In this document: positions 26,691 through 40,141 of the stretch, piece by piece
Layout: every line of letters starts with the position of its first letter
How positions within the stretch are numbered: position 1 is the first letter of the stretch
DNA from: Octopus vulgaris
Taxonomy: Eukaryota
Length of the DNA: 64,000 nt
Assembly: GCA_951406725.2 (NCBI GenBank)
Contig: OX597817.1
Span: forward strand, 61,938,001 to 62,002,000
Reading direction: 5' to 3'
The notes under the pieces: model-generated
What the model saw: only the letters and a program-made list of their open reading frames with translations
Told to the model about the DNA's origin: nothing
Databases searched by the model: none
Translations under genes and position numbers: made by a program

Positions 26691-27058
26691 GCTTGAGTAA
26701 AAAGTAAGCAACGTTTTGAACCATGAAGAATTTGTACCGGATTTTTACAAAGTTTTGAATTGTTTAGAAACATTTTTTTGCAATTGTCTGATAACACAGA
26801 CATAGATTTACCCAAATGTTTCCTGCGAGAGAAGGAGTTAAAAAATCAAAGCGATGCTGAAAGGGCGTTCAAAGAGTTCATCAACTCCAGAACTCTAGAT
26901 TTTTATGTTACCTGAATAACCAAACTTGTAACTCGTTGGCAAAAATGCGTTGATTGTAATGGTACTTACTTTGATGAATAAAATTCCCGGTATTGTTGAA
27001 ATATATTGTGATGAATTTCATGTTTCAAAACGTTGCTTACTTTTTACTCAGCCTGATA
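26691..27058 (+). mobile_element. Internally deleted mariner (MITE-like)
   Basis: Inverted repeats TGAGTAAAAAGTAAGCAACGTTTTGAA (26694) and TTCAAAACGTTGCTTACTTTTTACTCA (27024); C-terminus LVTRWQKCVDCNGTYFDE*. Confidence 0.8.
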
Positions 27059-27289
27059 TATGGTGACTTAAGGAAAAATGTAAAAAGGCCAACCTCTGAT
27101 TGGTCGAAGGATTTGCTAAAAATAGCAGCTAAGATTCACACAGCCTATACTCTACAGCTTTTAAGCAAAGAAAGACATTCTGAATAATATATAGTCTAGG
27201 ATAGGCAATATCTGAGAGAAAGAAAAATAAAAGTATGTAATAGGCACGGTTGGACCGCTTTAAATCATTCATAGGCCTGCTTGATCATG

Positions 27290-27560
27290 GCTAACATGGA
27301 GCTTAACAACAATAACAACTAGAAGAGCCATAGCAATAGATGGGGTTGTAACGGCTAGGTTTGCTTTGATTATAAGTCTGCTGGATCAAGACTGATCTGA
27401 AATTTAACAACGACAATAAAGACGGGCATAGAAACAGATGTGATTATCGTGGCTGCGATAGGCTTTTGATTGTAGGTCTGTCGGATCAAGACTGATCTAG
27501 ATCTAAAGAAAAACAATAACAATGAGCATAGTGATATCAACAGATGGGCTTGTATGGGCT
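27290..27560 (+). repeat. Decayed ~100-bp tandem units (..GGATCAAGACTGATCT..AACAAC)
   Basis: GGATCAAGACTGATCT at 27383 and 27483; related relics at ~26400-26460 and 23985-24030 (minus). Confidence 0.55.
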
Positions 27561-27879
27561 ACGCTAACTAAGACCTAAAATATTTGAGATATTCTGATCA
27601 AGTAAAAGGAACTATAGCAATTGTGCATAGAATATGGCAAGGAAAACAGAGCAAACATTTTTTCCTAAGGAAGAAACTGACTAGATACTGAATAGTATAA
27701 GGGAAGATATATAATCTCATATATTTATATACACACCAAGTAGTTTTGGGTGGTGGAGACACCTCTATGATTTTGCTCATACTATTTCCATACAGTATGG
27801 TCCAATGTTAATTCTTATCCTCTTTAAACTTGTCAACCTTTCTTTCTCTTTACATTGTCAAGTAAGATAAACTCTCTTT

Positions 27880-28590
27880 TATTCCAAGTTGAAGGAAACG
27901 GCCGTAACAGCTCTTTGAAAACACCCTACAAAACACTATCTGTTACAGCTGAATAAACTGCAGAATGCAGCCGGGACGTGATGACAATTTGGAAGCATGC
28001 TATGCAATAAAGTTTAGTGTCAAACTGGGAGAAAACGCTACAGAAACTGTAACCTGTATGAGTCGGCAACTCTTTTCTTCTGGTACAAGATTACAGGAAA
28101 AGCATGTCCATCAGTAAGCTCATGATGAACCCATTATCCAACAGTAAGGGCATTATCTACATCTACTGGGTTCACTCTGGCCAGACGGTCAAGGAAAAGT
28201 AGTTCGTGGAGGTTTTTAGGGAGTTCAGAAAGAGATTTCATCGCAAACAGCCAGACGACTTGCACCAAGGTAACGCCACATGCACTAGTCCAGAATTCCA
28301 TCTTGACAATCAACTATTTGACAAAGATGGGCACCAAAATTGTCCTTCACCATCCCCAAAGCCCATACCTTGCTCTCTGTATCTTTTGGTTGTTTCCCAA
28401 GCTGAAGAAGATGAAGGAGACTAGACAAGGATCCTGGACACCTCTATTTCCATGGGACCTTCACCAAGTCGCTGAAACGCTACAAGTGCATTGAAGTCAA
28501 GGGATCCTACTATGAAGGAGATTGGTGTTTTGTAACTGGAAATTAATAAATGTCCTGTAAAATGTCTGAAAATGTCTGGAATGCACCTTC
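27880..28590 (+). mobile_element. mariner transposase remnant
   Basis: AIKFSVKLGENATET, LHQGNA, HHPQSPYLALCIFWLFPKLK (YSPDLAP-like), KCIEVKGSYYEGD. Confidence 0.8.
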
Positions 28591-30845
28591 TACACTACGT
28601 CTAAAAACAAAAACTGTAAGATATTGAAAAGCTTTGATTTCTGTTGACTAGGCAATGAAGTCATTCACAAACCAGAAGGGTTAAACTAAATCTTGAAATC
28701 TATTTATTTAATCTTACTTACTATCATTTCTATTATAAACTCGTCCTGTCTCCTCTGACTCGGAACCAAATCGCTAAATTTTCGCTTTCATTATTCCAAA
28801 AATAATGGAAACAGTAGTAAACAAGTGCGTTGATCTCTAAAGAGGCAACTAAAAAATAATTGTGAAGAGAGAAAGAATATATCACTCATCTTTCAACCAA
28901 CGGCCATGATTGCGTATTCCTAATCTTTATGTTCTGAGTTCAAATCACATTGAGATAAACTTTAACTTTCCCTGTCATCCTTTCGGAGTTGATAAAAGGA
29001 AGTACCAATCAATTTCTGGAATTGATTGCATTGACTAAACACTACCTGCCTCGAAATTTGTAGACTTTGAGCCTAAATTAGAAACCATCGGGCATCATAA
29101 TGTAAGATATTTTTTATGCATGCTGCTGTCTCCTGGTGGTAGTGGTGTTGGTGGTGGTGGTGGTGGTGGTGATGATAAAGATGATGATGAGGTACAGGAA
29201 GAGGAGGAGGTTGTAGAGAAGGAGAACGATGAAGAATATGTTGATGATAACCATCACCACCATCACCACCACCAGCAGCATCATCATCGTCATCATCATC
29301 ATCATCATCAACAACAACAAGAAAGCGTTCAGCAAGCTGGACGTTTAAAAGCCCAACACGAGGTGACTGATATCTAACATCACTCATCTTATCACATCAT
29401 TGCAGTAATGTCACGATATGTCTTTTTTTTTTCATTACTTTCGAATGTAGCTGCATGCTCACGCAAAATTGATGAGATACTTATCATAGTATGATGTGAT
29501 TCATATCATGTAATTTCCAGTCACGTGATAATGTAAGGTTATAAACCAGCTTTCTATAGATTTGTCTAACCTATTCGCCTAAATCAAGTTTTGGACTTCC
29601 TTCATATAATAGAAAAATAGAAAGAGTGGTACTCAATATAGAGGCATACTATACTGCTGTGAAAAAGCTATAATTAGTGTGAAATGCTGGATGCGTTTGC
29701 TGCGGCTGCAATGTATGATAAACCAGACAAATTAATGAAACTCTCTTCAAATTATTTTGCATAAAAACGGTTGCATTACTGCTAATACGTCTGAACAAGA
29801 TCACTTATATTTGATAATTATTTTCTCCTTTAGCAAAACCTTGGTTCCACAGGAAAAACAGAAATTAATTCATGACTAGTTCTTAGAAGTATAACATTCT
29901 TCAGAGCAATACACACTAAAAATAAACTACTTTATTAAATTAAGGTAATGCGATTATGAAAGAATTTTTGCTGGAAATCTGTGAGAATTAATATAATTGT
30001 TAAAACGATTCAATGAGAATTGTGACCCAGACATTATTTGTAGTCATGTTGGCGGAAGAATAGCGTATTAAATGCCCAAGTCTTGGATACGATACGAACA
30101 TAAATATTATCTACTAACGCAAAATTAGCTTAAGACCTCTTAATATATTTTGTTTTTAGATCATTGGGCATGTCTGATTAAGTAAGTATATGTAATGCTT
30201 CCTACAGCACATTATAATATTAGATCGGTTTATTTTTGGCAAACTTAGAAATAGAAGACAAACAGTTAACCGGGCTGATAATCAACTAGATAAGCGAAGG
30301 AGAAAGTATTTCATCTTTGAAAAATTTAGTTTCTAACTCGGCGAGATAGAATAAGTAGAATTAAGTAACTTGTTTAAGATCGCTGGATATCTATTCTCCA
30401 TCCTTTTTCAGGTGATAAGAAAACACTGTCCATTACATGCGAAACAGATATCTCATCCGCTGGAAGCTTCACATTCTGTTATCGAATATAATTTTCTAGA
30501 GAACGCAAATAATAACTTGTAAGTCACAGATATTATCTTGCATTTGGCACATGGCATTTGTTGTAGACAGAAAATTGGCGAATAGACATATTTCACATTT
30601 TATGAAGATTTTATTTAATCTCATTCAAACAATCTTAATGCATTAAGCTATATTCGTACGTGTATTTACATAATTTCCATTATGTATATTGTTAAAAGGC
30701 CAATCATTTTACTTCTAACGCCGTTGTTTATATTCTGTCTCGGTCTCTAACTTAGTATTCCTTTCTGCTCCCCAATTCCCCCCCAATCTCTCTGAGACTC
30801 TACCATTCTTCCCCTTCTCTCTCTCTCACCCTCTTTCTCTCTCAG

Positions 30846-30930
30846 TATGTATGTATGTATGTATGTATGTATGTATGTATGTATGTATGTATGTATGTAT
30901 GTATGTACGTATGTATCTATCAATTTATCA

Positions 30931-31027
<97 letters not shown>

Positions 31028-31278
31028 AATAAATAAATAAATAGATAAATAAACTTATAGACAATTTTCTGTCACAGCATGAGGATCGTACTCTCTTTCT
31101 CTCTCTCTCTCTCGTTATAACTATTCATTTATCTATGTATCTATTTACCTAACTACCCACCTACCTACCTACCTACCTACCTACCTACCTACCTACCTAC
31201 CTACCTACCTACCTACCTACCTACCTACCTACCTACCTACCTACCTTCTTACCTACCTACTTACCTAACTACCTATCC

Positions 31279-31361
<83 letters not shown>
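30846..31361. repeat. Compound (TATG)n/(TCTA)n/(CCTA)n microsatellites
   Basis: Direct reading. Confidence 0.95.
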
Positions 31362-31362
<1 letters not shown>

Positions 31363-31588
31363 CGAAGAACAAACCTATTTCTCCCTTTTTCAGTAACCGT
31401 TTCGTTATCAGCACCAATCTCCCTTTCTCATTCTATATCAATATTTCTCTCCAATCTTCTTTCTGAAACTCTCTTTCTTTTTCTTATTCTAGGCTATCTA
31501 CTCATCCTTATATCTCTCACCATCTGTCTCTGCATTATTTTTGCATATACACGAAAGAGCAAAAGTAGCAGCAACAGCAGCAGTAGCA

Positions 31589-31657
<69 letters not shown>

Positions 31658-31695
31658 GTAATAATAATAATAATAATAAAAATAACAATAATAAT

Positions 31696-32092
31696 AATCC
31701 TTTCTATTATAGGCACAAGAACTGGAATTTGGGGGTGGGGTATAGCCGATTACATCAACTCTAATACTGGTACTTAATTTATCGACCCCGAAAGGACGAA
31801 AGGCAAAGTCGACCTCGGCGGAATTTGAACTCAGAACGTAACGGCAGACGAAATACCTATTTCTTTATTACCCACAAGGGGCTAAACACAGAGAGGACAA
31901 ACAAGGACAGACAAACGGATTAAGTCGATTATATCGAATCCCAGTGCGTAACTGGTACTTATTTAATCGACCCCGAACGGATGAAAGGCAAAAGTCGACC
32001 TCGGCAGAATTTGAACTCAGAACGTAGCGGTAGGCGAAATACCGTTAAGCATTTCGTCCAACATGCTAACGATTCTACCAGCTCTCTGCCTT
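31696..32092 (-). mobile_element. SINE B' (32092-31858) joined to the 3' part of a family B copy (31857-31696)
   Basis: Two successive B bodies; the junction on the minus strand reads ..AATAAAGAAATA|GGTATTTCGTCTG. Confidence 0.85.
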
Positions 32093-32162
32093 CAATAATA
32101 ATAATAATAATGATAATAATAATAATAATAACAATAATAATAATAATAATCAATATGGCCAT

Positions 32163-32584
32163 TACTCTTTTACTCTTTTACTCTTTTACTTGTTTCAGTC
32201 ATTTGACTGCGGCCACGCTGGAGCACCGCCTTTAATCGAGCAACTCGACCCCGGAACTTATTCTTTTTGTAAGCCCAGTACTTATTCTATCTGTCTCTTT
32301 TTGCCGAACCGCTAAGTAACGGGGACATAAACACACCAGCATCGGTTGTCAAGCAATGCTAGGGGGACAAACACAGACACACAAACACACACACGCGTAT
32401 ATATATATATACATATATACGACGGGCTTCTTTCAGTTTCCGTCTACCAAATCCACTCACAAGGCTTTGGTCGGCCCGAGGCTATAGCAGAAGACACTTG
32501 CCCAAGGTGCCACGCAGTGGGACTGAACCCAGAACCATGTGGTTGGTTAGCAAGCTACTTACCACACAACCACTCCTGCGCCTA
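32163..32584 (-). mobile_element. SINE family A, young full-length copy
   Basis: Near-identical to the reverse complement of 60088-60533, with a (GTAAAAGA)n tail. Confidence 0.9.
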
Positions 32585-32825
32585 TTATCGTAACTTCCCC
32601 CACTTCTTTGTTTCCTCTTCACTTATCCATCTCTCTCTCCCACTCACCAAGCTAAACTTCTCTTTCCCTGTCTTTCGCTTCACTGGCATTCTCCTCAATT
32701 TTGTTTCTTTACATTACCGTCGTCGTCGCTGTCTCCTTTCCTTTATCTAACACTACTATATCATCTCGTAATGTTACATGATTAATTTAACCATCTATTC
32801 TTAGCGCTTATCATTGTAATAAAAC

Positions 32826-32874
<49 letters not shown>

Positions 32875-33277
32875 CACCTTCATTGAATTTGACCAGGAAA
32901 TGCCTTGTTTACATTGGATAATTCTTCTATAGTAATATTGTCTATCAAAAGAAGACGCCAGCAGAACTGTGAGCACTGCGCTGCACACGAAATAGCATAA
33001 AAACAAAACATTAACTAAGTATCAGAAAATACTGAACAGAATTATAATAAAAAGAGCTAGTTATATGACGTAGAATAATTTAACGATTTTATTCTGAGAT
33101 TAAATATAGAGACGGAAAGAATTCAAGCTGAGTTTATTACAAGTAGCCAAGATAGCAAAAACGGTTGTATGCTGGAATTAATAAATTAACTTCAGTCTTT
33201 AGATTCGCCCATCTGGGTTGTGAAAACCAAATCTCTCAAGGTTTGACTTCAGTGCCTAATAAATATTTTCTATTTTA

Positions 33278-33592
33278 GGCGAATGGTTCAGTGGTTAGAG
33301 CGTCGGGCTTACAATTGTGAGATTGTGATTTCGATTCCTGGATCGGGCTGTGTTTTGTGTTGTTGAGCAACACTCTTTATTTCATGTTGCTCCGGTTCAC
33401 TCAGCTGTAGAAATGAGTTGCAACGTCACTGGAGCCGAGCTGAATCGGCCTTTGCCTTTCTCTTGGACAATATCGGTGGCGTGGAGAGGAGAGACTGGTA
33501 TGCATGGGCGACTGTTCCACAAACAACCTTGCCCGGACTTGTGTCATGGAGGGGTAACCCATGGTCATTCATGACCTAAGAGAGGCTTTACC
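33278..33592 (+). mobile_element. tRNA-derived SINE family D
   Basis: TGGTTCAGTGGTTAGAGC..TTCGATTCC head; the 3' part recurs inverted at ~51630-51690. Confidence 0.7.
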
Positions 33593-33596
33593 CTCC

Positions 33597-33790
33597 ATTA
33601 TCTTTTTATAGGCATAAGGCCATAAACTTTTGGGAGAAGGAGATAGTTAATTACTTCGACCCCAGTGCTAGACTAGTACTTACTTCATCGATCCCAAAAG
33701 GATGAAATGTGAAGTCGTTCTCGGTGGAATTTGAACTCAGAACGTAAAGTCAGAAGAAATGCCGCCAAGTATTTTGTCCGGCGTGCTACC
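33597..33790 (-). mobile_element. SINE family B
   Basis: Reverse-complement homology to 1787-2000. Confidence 0.75.
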
Positions 33791-35239
33791 TTCGATGCTA
33801 AATAAATAGAAGACAACGTTGCTTCTCTTAAATAGTCCTATGTCCAGTTCAACTTTTATAAAGGAATGGACTCAATAGTTGAACTGAAAACAGGATATTT
33901 TACTAGTAAGGCTGCTTATTGATAGAGCCATTGGACTGTCGGGAAGATTTTTTTGCAGTAATCGTTACCGCCCTCTGCGCTCTGAGTTCAATACCCGCAG
34001 AGGTCAACATTGCCTTTCATCCTTTCAAAGTCTGTCTGTCTGTCTCTCTCCCTCTCTCTATTTTTCTCCCCCACCCTATCTCTAGCTGTAGGACACTCTT
34101 TCTCTGGAAGAAATCAGTTATGGTCAAACTTGATGAATTGAAGAGAGATGGGTTCCGCCAAGTATAAACTGTCCGAGATTCGCTGCAAGTCACGACGGGG
34201 ACTCTATAATTCAAGCAGGAATGAATAGCCCGAGACAAGGCATTGAATTGGTACTGTTAAACTTAATAGTTAAAGCAGTCATAGGGGCTTTCTGAATGGC
34301 ACAACAAGAAATTACCTTGAATATTAAATTAACAATGCGGCCCGTCTGATGATATGATGTTAAGTCATGCATCAGCTGCTCTCTTCGTGAAAAAGGATGC
34401 TCATGCCTGATCTAGAGAAAGGATATTAAATACTACTCTGCTGTACCTAGTTAAACGATTTCCTAACTCGACATTCAACTATATTTGTTATAATGAATTT
34501 ATTTGACAAGAAACAAAGATGACATATTTAATAGGGAGGGTAAAATAAGAAATTGTGAGTTTAATTAATTAGCTGAGACTGTTATTTAGCATCAGTGGTG
34601 AAAGTGAAGTGAATTGGTTTTAACCTTTAGTCGAAATCACATCATTAACGTGGAGAAAGGGGAGGGAAAGAGAGAAAGAAGGAAAGAAAGAAAGAGAGAG
34701 AGACAGAGAGACAGAGAGAGAGAGAGAGCGAGGGTCTCTATTGATTCTGAAAGGATGAAACGTTAGGTTGATCTCAGCGGGAATTTAACTCAGCAAACAG
34801 AGAGCCGTAAGAATTATTGCAAAGAGAGAGATAAGAGAGAAAAAAGGAAGGGGAAATTTAATATCTATTTAATTAGGCAAAAACCCCAACTCTACCGCGA
34901 AAGAACGGATATAATCCATCTGATGTGGCATACACGCTGCACAAGTTCCGTCTATCCAAATTCCACTTACACGGCTTGTGTTGACGTTTGACCTGAAGCT
35001 AAAATAGATGAATTCTACTCAAGTTGAACTCAGTACAATGTGATCATGAAGGAAATATCTGAGCCATTCATTCACAAGAATGGATAATGTAGTCCAAGAT
35101 ACACCAAGCTTGAAGGAAACAAAAATGGAAAATATATTTTAGAGGAGTGAGATGGAAAGCGTGGAAATCATGCCTTTCCTAATGATCACAAGAAGCTTAT
35201 GTCGATTTTATTATGACTTGGTCAGAAGAGGAGGAGAAG

Positions 35240-36113
35240 TTTTAGAAGTGACTTACTACTCTACATTGAGATCGACTCTGAAACTCGTGATTGTTAACAA
35301 AATTCTTAACTATACAGGAGGGAAGGAAAAAAACACGACCCAGGATATTCTCAAAAAAGACACTTGTTTTATCTACTTGAAACAGGATGAATACAGCTGA
35401 AGGCACCAAGAGCCAGATGACTGTGTTAAACCAAGAGTCACATCACTGCGTTAAACAGAGTGACGGAACCAATTCTACCATCAGAGAACTGCTACGGCTC
35501 ATACAAAGTAAGGGCGGTGATCTGACAGAATTGTTAGCTAGTTGGACAAAATACTAGCGGCATTTCTTCGGGGCGATTTACGTTCTGAGTTCAAATTCTG
35601 CTGAGTTCAAATTGCCATTTATCCTTTCGAGGTTCATAAAATAGCACCTGTCAAGTACCGCAGTCGATATTACTGACTAGATTCATTGCCACTAAATTCA
35701 GGCCTTGTGCCTATGGTAGAAAGAATAAAAAAAAAAACAGGCAGTGAGCTGACAGAATCGTTAGCATACCGGACAAAATGTTTATCAGCATTTCTTCCAG
35801 CTTTATGTTCTGAGTTCAAATTCCACTTAAGTCGACTCTATACTTCATCTTTTCGGGGTCGATAAAATGAGTACTAGTTCAGTTCTGGGATTGATGTAAT
35901 CGACTAGCCCCTCCCTTAATGTTCCAGGTCTTGTGCCTTTAGTAGAAAGAATACTCTATACGATGTCCCCTTCCTCCCTGCTGGAACAGTTTCTATCAAC
36001 CCCATTTCACTCACTAGGTTGTGACGTTGCGAATTTTTAGAAGTGACTTACTACTCTACATTGAGATCGACTCTGAAACCTCGTGATTGTTAACGAAATT
36101 CTTAACTATACAG
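35240..36113 (+). repeat. ~78-bp direct repeat pair (35240-35317 and 36035-36113)
   Basis: TTTTAGAAGTGACTTACTACTCTACATTGAGATCGACTCTGAAAC..CTTAACTATACAG twice, differing by 1 indel and 1 substitution. Confidence 0.92.
35511..35950 (+). mobile_element. Two tandem SINE family B copies (35511-35725 and 35738-35950)
   Basis: Homology to 1787-2000. Confidence 0.8.
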
Positions 36114-36176
36114 TTATAAAGAAAATAACGGAACTATAGGCGTAGGAGTGGCTGTGTGGTAAGTAGCTTTCTTACC

Positions 36177-38181
36177 CAGAATGCAACACTAGTTGGTCTG
36201 GACTGTTACAGTGAGCAGATGTGAGTTTCGGCTCCGCGAATAGAAAAAAAGAACAAAAAGAAAAGTTGTCAATTATGGCTCGCTATAGCGAGCAAAATAC
36301 TGGGTTCTCATCACCGTAACGGTGAATTGAGAATTTTTTGAAAATTCTTCTTGTGAATTCTAGTGGGCGTATCTCGTCAGAAAAATAAGAATAAGCCATT
36401 TGGATTACCGTTTTGGAGTATTATACAAAGGATTCCCTGTCTGTGCTATTTGTGAGGTTTTTCTTTTACTTTTCCCTTCTTCTATTTTTTCTTTCTTTCT
36501 AAATTTTGGTTCATTCTTTTCATTACTTTAATTTCAGTTTCCTCCCCTCCTCTTTTATTTTGTTTTATTTTAATTCGGTTTAATTTTTTGGCAGACTGTC
36601 TTTTGAACTACTTTTGAACTGTTTTTTGACATGGCAGAGAAGGAACTTAAAAAGAAAAACTCTTTCTTAGAGTGGGAAATTAACCCGCCTAAGCAGTGGT
36701 TAAAAGATATGGAGGAGAAGACGATGGTACTTAGAACGTATTCTAAAGTTCTTAATTCCATCACCGTCTTCCCAAAACAAGTCATAAAAAATGATCTTAA
36801 AGAACATTTGTCCTCTGTAAAATATATATACCGTGGTGTCAAACATGCAACCGTATGGTTGCTGTTTGACAACGGGGTAAAGGCTCGCCAGTTTGCGAGT
36901 CAGCCTTTAGAAGGCAAGGAAATTCTGTTTCTCCCGTCATATTGTGGAAGAAAATTAATACGAGCCTGGGTATGTGGGCTCCCCCCGGGCACCGAAGCGG
37001 ATTGGATTGAAGATACCATCCGACGGGGACTGGGGGATGGCGGGTCCAGGCTCTTAAATGTAAGAGTTTTGCCGGCGGTCGATTGGGAAGGGTCAAAAGC
37101 GATTTTGACCCTGTGGACCCCATCGGCCACAACAGAACTGGTTTTTCCAGATTTCTTGAAAATGGCTGGCTGCAGGTATCCGGTGATACTTGAGGGATGT
37201 CCCCCAAAGTGTCACTCATGCCTGCAGCCAGGCCACATTAAAAGGAACTACCCCCAGGACCATGGTAAGGTCCTGGAACAGTCACTAGATGCCACCTCTC
37301 CTACCCGGTCAAAGGGAGAGGTGGATGCGGTCGAGGAGGCTTCAGCCTCCTCAACTCAAAAAGGATTAAAAAGGAAGAAGTTGCCCGCCGAAGGAACCTA
37401 AGGCTTCGGAAGGCGGGGGAGAGTCTCCGGACAAAGCGGAAGAGCTCCACTCTCCCGAAGCCAGGAAAAAAAGAAGGAAGAAGAACGGGTCATCTCAGCG
37501 GGGAGATGATGTGCCGACTGCATGTCCCGAAGTTGTGCCACCTACGGTGGAAGAAACCACTCCCACCCTTAAAGATGATCAATCAATTATCTTTTTCTAC
37601 AAGGGCGGGGAGATGGAAAAATAGTAGAAGAACACGGGATCCCGAATTGCCTCTGCAGATAGCTGTGGAGGTCATAAGATTTCCCTTGTGGGAAAGGCTT
37701 AAATGATTTGGGGAGGAGTATCGCATATGGCCGGGTGGCCTTTACACGACTTACATGTCCTACATGAGTGAGGCATGGGAAATGGCGGGATACAGGAACT
37801 CAAGCGGCATTGAAGATAATGATGAATATATCGATGGATATATCGAAGAGTAGGAGATGAAAGACCCTCGTTACAAGGTTTGAAACTCATCTTATTGGAT
37901 TATTTTGTAGTGGTTTATAACCTCAATTTTGTGCTTTAAGAAAGAAAAAAAGAAAACATGTTAAGTAAGAGGTTTTAGTGCCTCCTCCTTGTAAGAGGTT
38001 TGAAACCCCATATTAATTTAAAAGAAAGAAAAAAAAAGAAAATATGTTTTCGAGAAAAATCCAATTGGCGGGTGTTGGGTTTCGTCTCTCATTTATTCAT
38101 TATATTTCATTTTCATTCATTAATGTATTTGTCCAGCCCGCAAAGCTCTTTGTACTGTCTATATGACAAATTTATGAAATA
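36177..38181 (+). mobile_element. ORF1-only L1/Tx1-like element (HAL1-like) inserted in a SINE A head
   Basis: Interrupts SINE A (36138-36176, resuming 38182-38640); 16-bp TSD AAGTAGCTTnnTTACC; ends in AATAAA; no EN or RT motifs seen. Confidence 0.8.
36631..37401 (+). CDS. L1/Tx1-type ORF1 (gag-like nucleic-acid-binding) protein, probably pseudogenised
   Basis: 256-aa complex ORF; VCGLPP motif; PVILEGCPPKCHSCLQPGHIKRNYP is a CX2CX4HX4C knuckle with the last Cys changed to Tyr; basic low-complexity tail. Confidence 0.75.
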   Translation: MAEKELKKKNSFLEWEINPPKQWLKDMEEKTMVLRTYSKVLNSITVFPKQVIKNDLKEHLSSVKYIYRGVKHATVWLLFDNGVKARQFASQPLEGKEILFLPSYCGRKLIRAWVCGLPPGTEADWIEDTIRRGLGDGGSRLLNVRVLPAVDWEGSKAILTLWTPSATTELVFPDFLKMAGCRYPVILEGCPPKCHSCLQPGHIKRNYPQDHGKVLEQSLDATSPTRSKGEVDAVEEASASSTQKGLKRKKLPAEGT

Positions 38182-38640
<459 letters not shown>

Positions 38641-39928
38641 TAATGGAAGTTATGTGTATTTTTGACAACGTGTATCTACGACTACGTTATCCATACATAC
38701 ATGCACCCATGCAGGCATACATATATACAGACAGAACTGTCAAATTGCAAAACTTTCCAAAAGGTTGACATTCAAGTACATATGCACATGTCTAGACAAG
38801 CAACTCTATACATGTCAAGCAATTATACACATAAAATAGAAGATAAACATTTCCACGTACACTGACCCCAAATATTTCACACGTACACAAAACTACCCTA
38901 TTCATGTTTACATTCACAACTACCCTATTCATGTTTACATTCCAATGATGAAGCTTTGGATCTTGCCAGACCCTGTAACAGTTCTGCCAGTCCATCACCA
39001 TAGATTGGTACTTCGTTTTATCGACCCTGAGAGAATTAAAGACAAATTTGACCTTTGCGGGATTTGTGCTCAGAGGACAAAACGAATAAGTCGGAGCAAA
39101 TATCTGATGGCAGCATGTTTAACATCTAATGATTTTTACCAATTCGCCGCTTTACATACATGCATACACAGATATATTCATGCACAATGCATACATACAC
39201 ACGGATATTTGTGTAGCTGAGTATACGTGTTTGGTGTATGTATTTGATAGATAGATAAATAGATAGATAAATAGATTGATAAGGAGAGAGAGAGAGGGGG
39301 AGGAAAAGAAAGAGAGAGAGAAAAAGAAAGAGAGAGAAATTGCATTGCAATGGAACTTGGTAGATTCTTAACATCTAAAAAATATACACTGAAAATGTTC
39401 ATCCATAAATAGTTTTCAAGATTTCTTTTCTTCTTATTCTCTCGCACATCCCACTTCATATCACACCCACAACAACTTCAAAATTCCGTTGTCTAATGTA
39501 TTCTGTTTTATGCATAAACCATGTAACAGTGATAAATACCGTTTTATTCTGGGAGAACGAGAAGTGATTCAGCTGACCTCAGTCTACAAATGTTTCTACT
39601 ATTACAAGATGCTAATGAGGATTTAAAGTACATTAAATTTTAAACACGTGCACTTAAAGGATTTATTGACGCATTCGAAGCTGTCATTGCTTAGGTCATC
39701 ATTTTATTGTTAGGTCGATATGATGTTTGGAATATAGTGATACGCAGATGAAAATAACACTCAAATTTATCATTGTCATGCTTATACATTTCGTAAGCAC
39801 CATAAATTTCATTAAGGCGTCGTCGATGTTACTAATGATGTTTAGTCTCGGGTTAGACCTGTTCAAGCGGACAAGTAATGAAACTTGTTCCGGCTGTGAC
39901 TGTTTAATCTTATTTTAAGACATGGTGG

Positions 39929-40141
39929 TAAGGCGACCAGACAGAATCGTTTGCGCAGACAAAATGTTTCACAGCATTTCGTCCGTCTTTACTTTCTGAG
40001 TTCAAATTCTGCCGAGGTCGACTTTACCGACCTTCTTTTCGAGATCGATAAAATAAGTATCTCTTGACTTGAGCACCGGTGCTTATGTAATAGACTAACC
40101 CTCTCTTCTCAAACTTCAGGACTTATCCCTATAGTAGAAAT
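39929..40141 (+). mobile_element. SINE family B
   Basis: Homology to 1787-2000. Confidence 0.75.
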
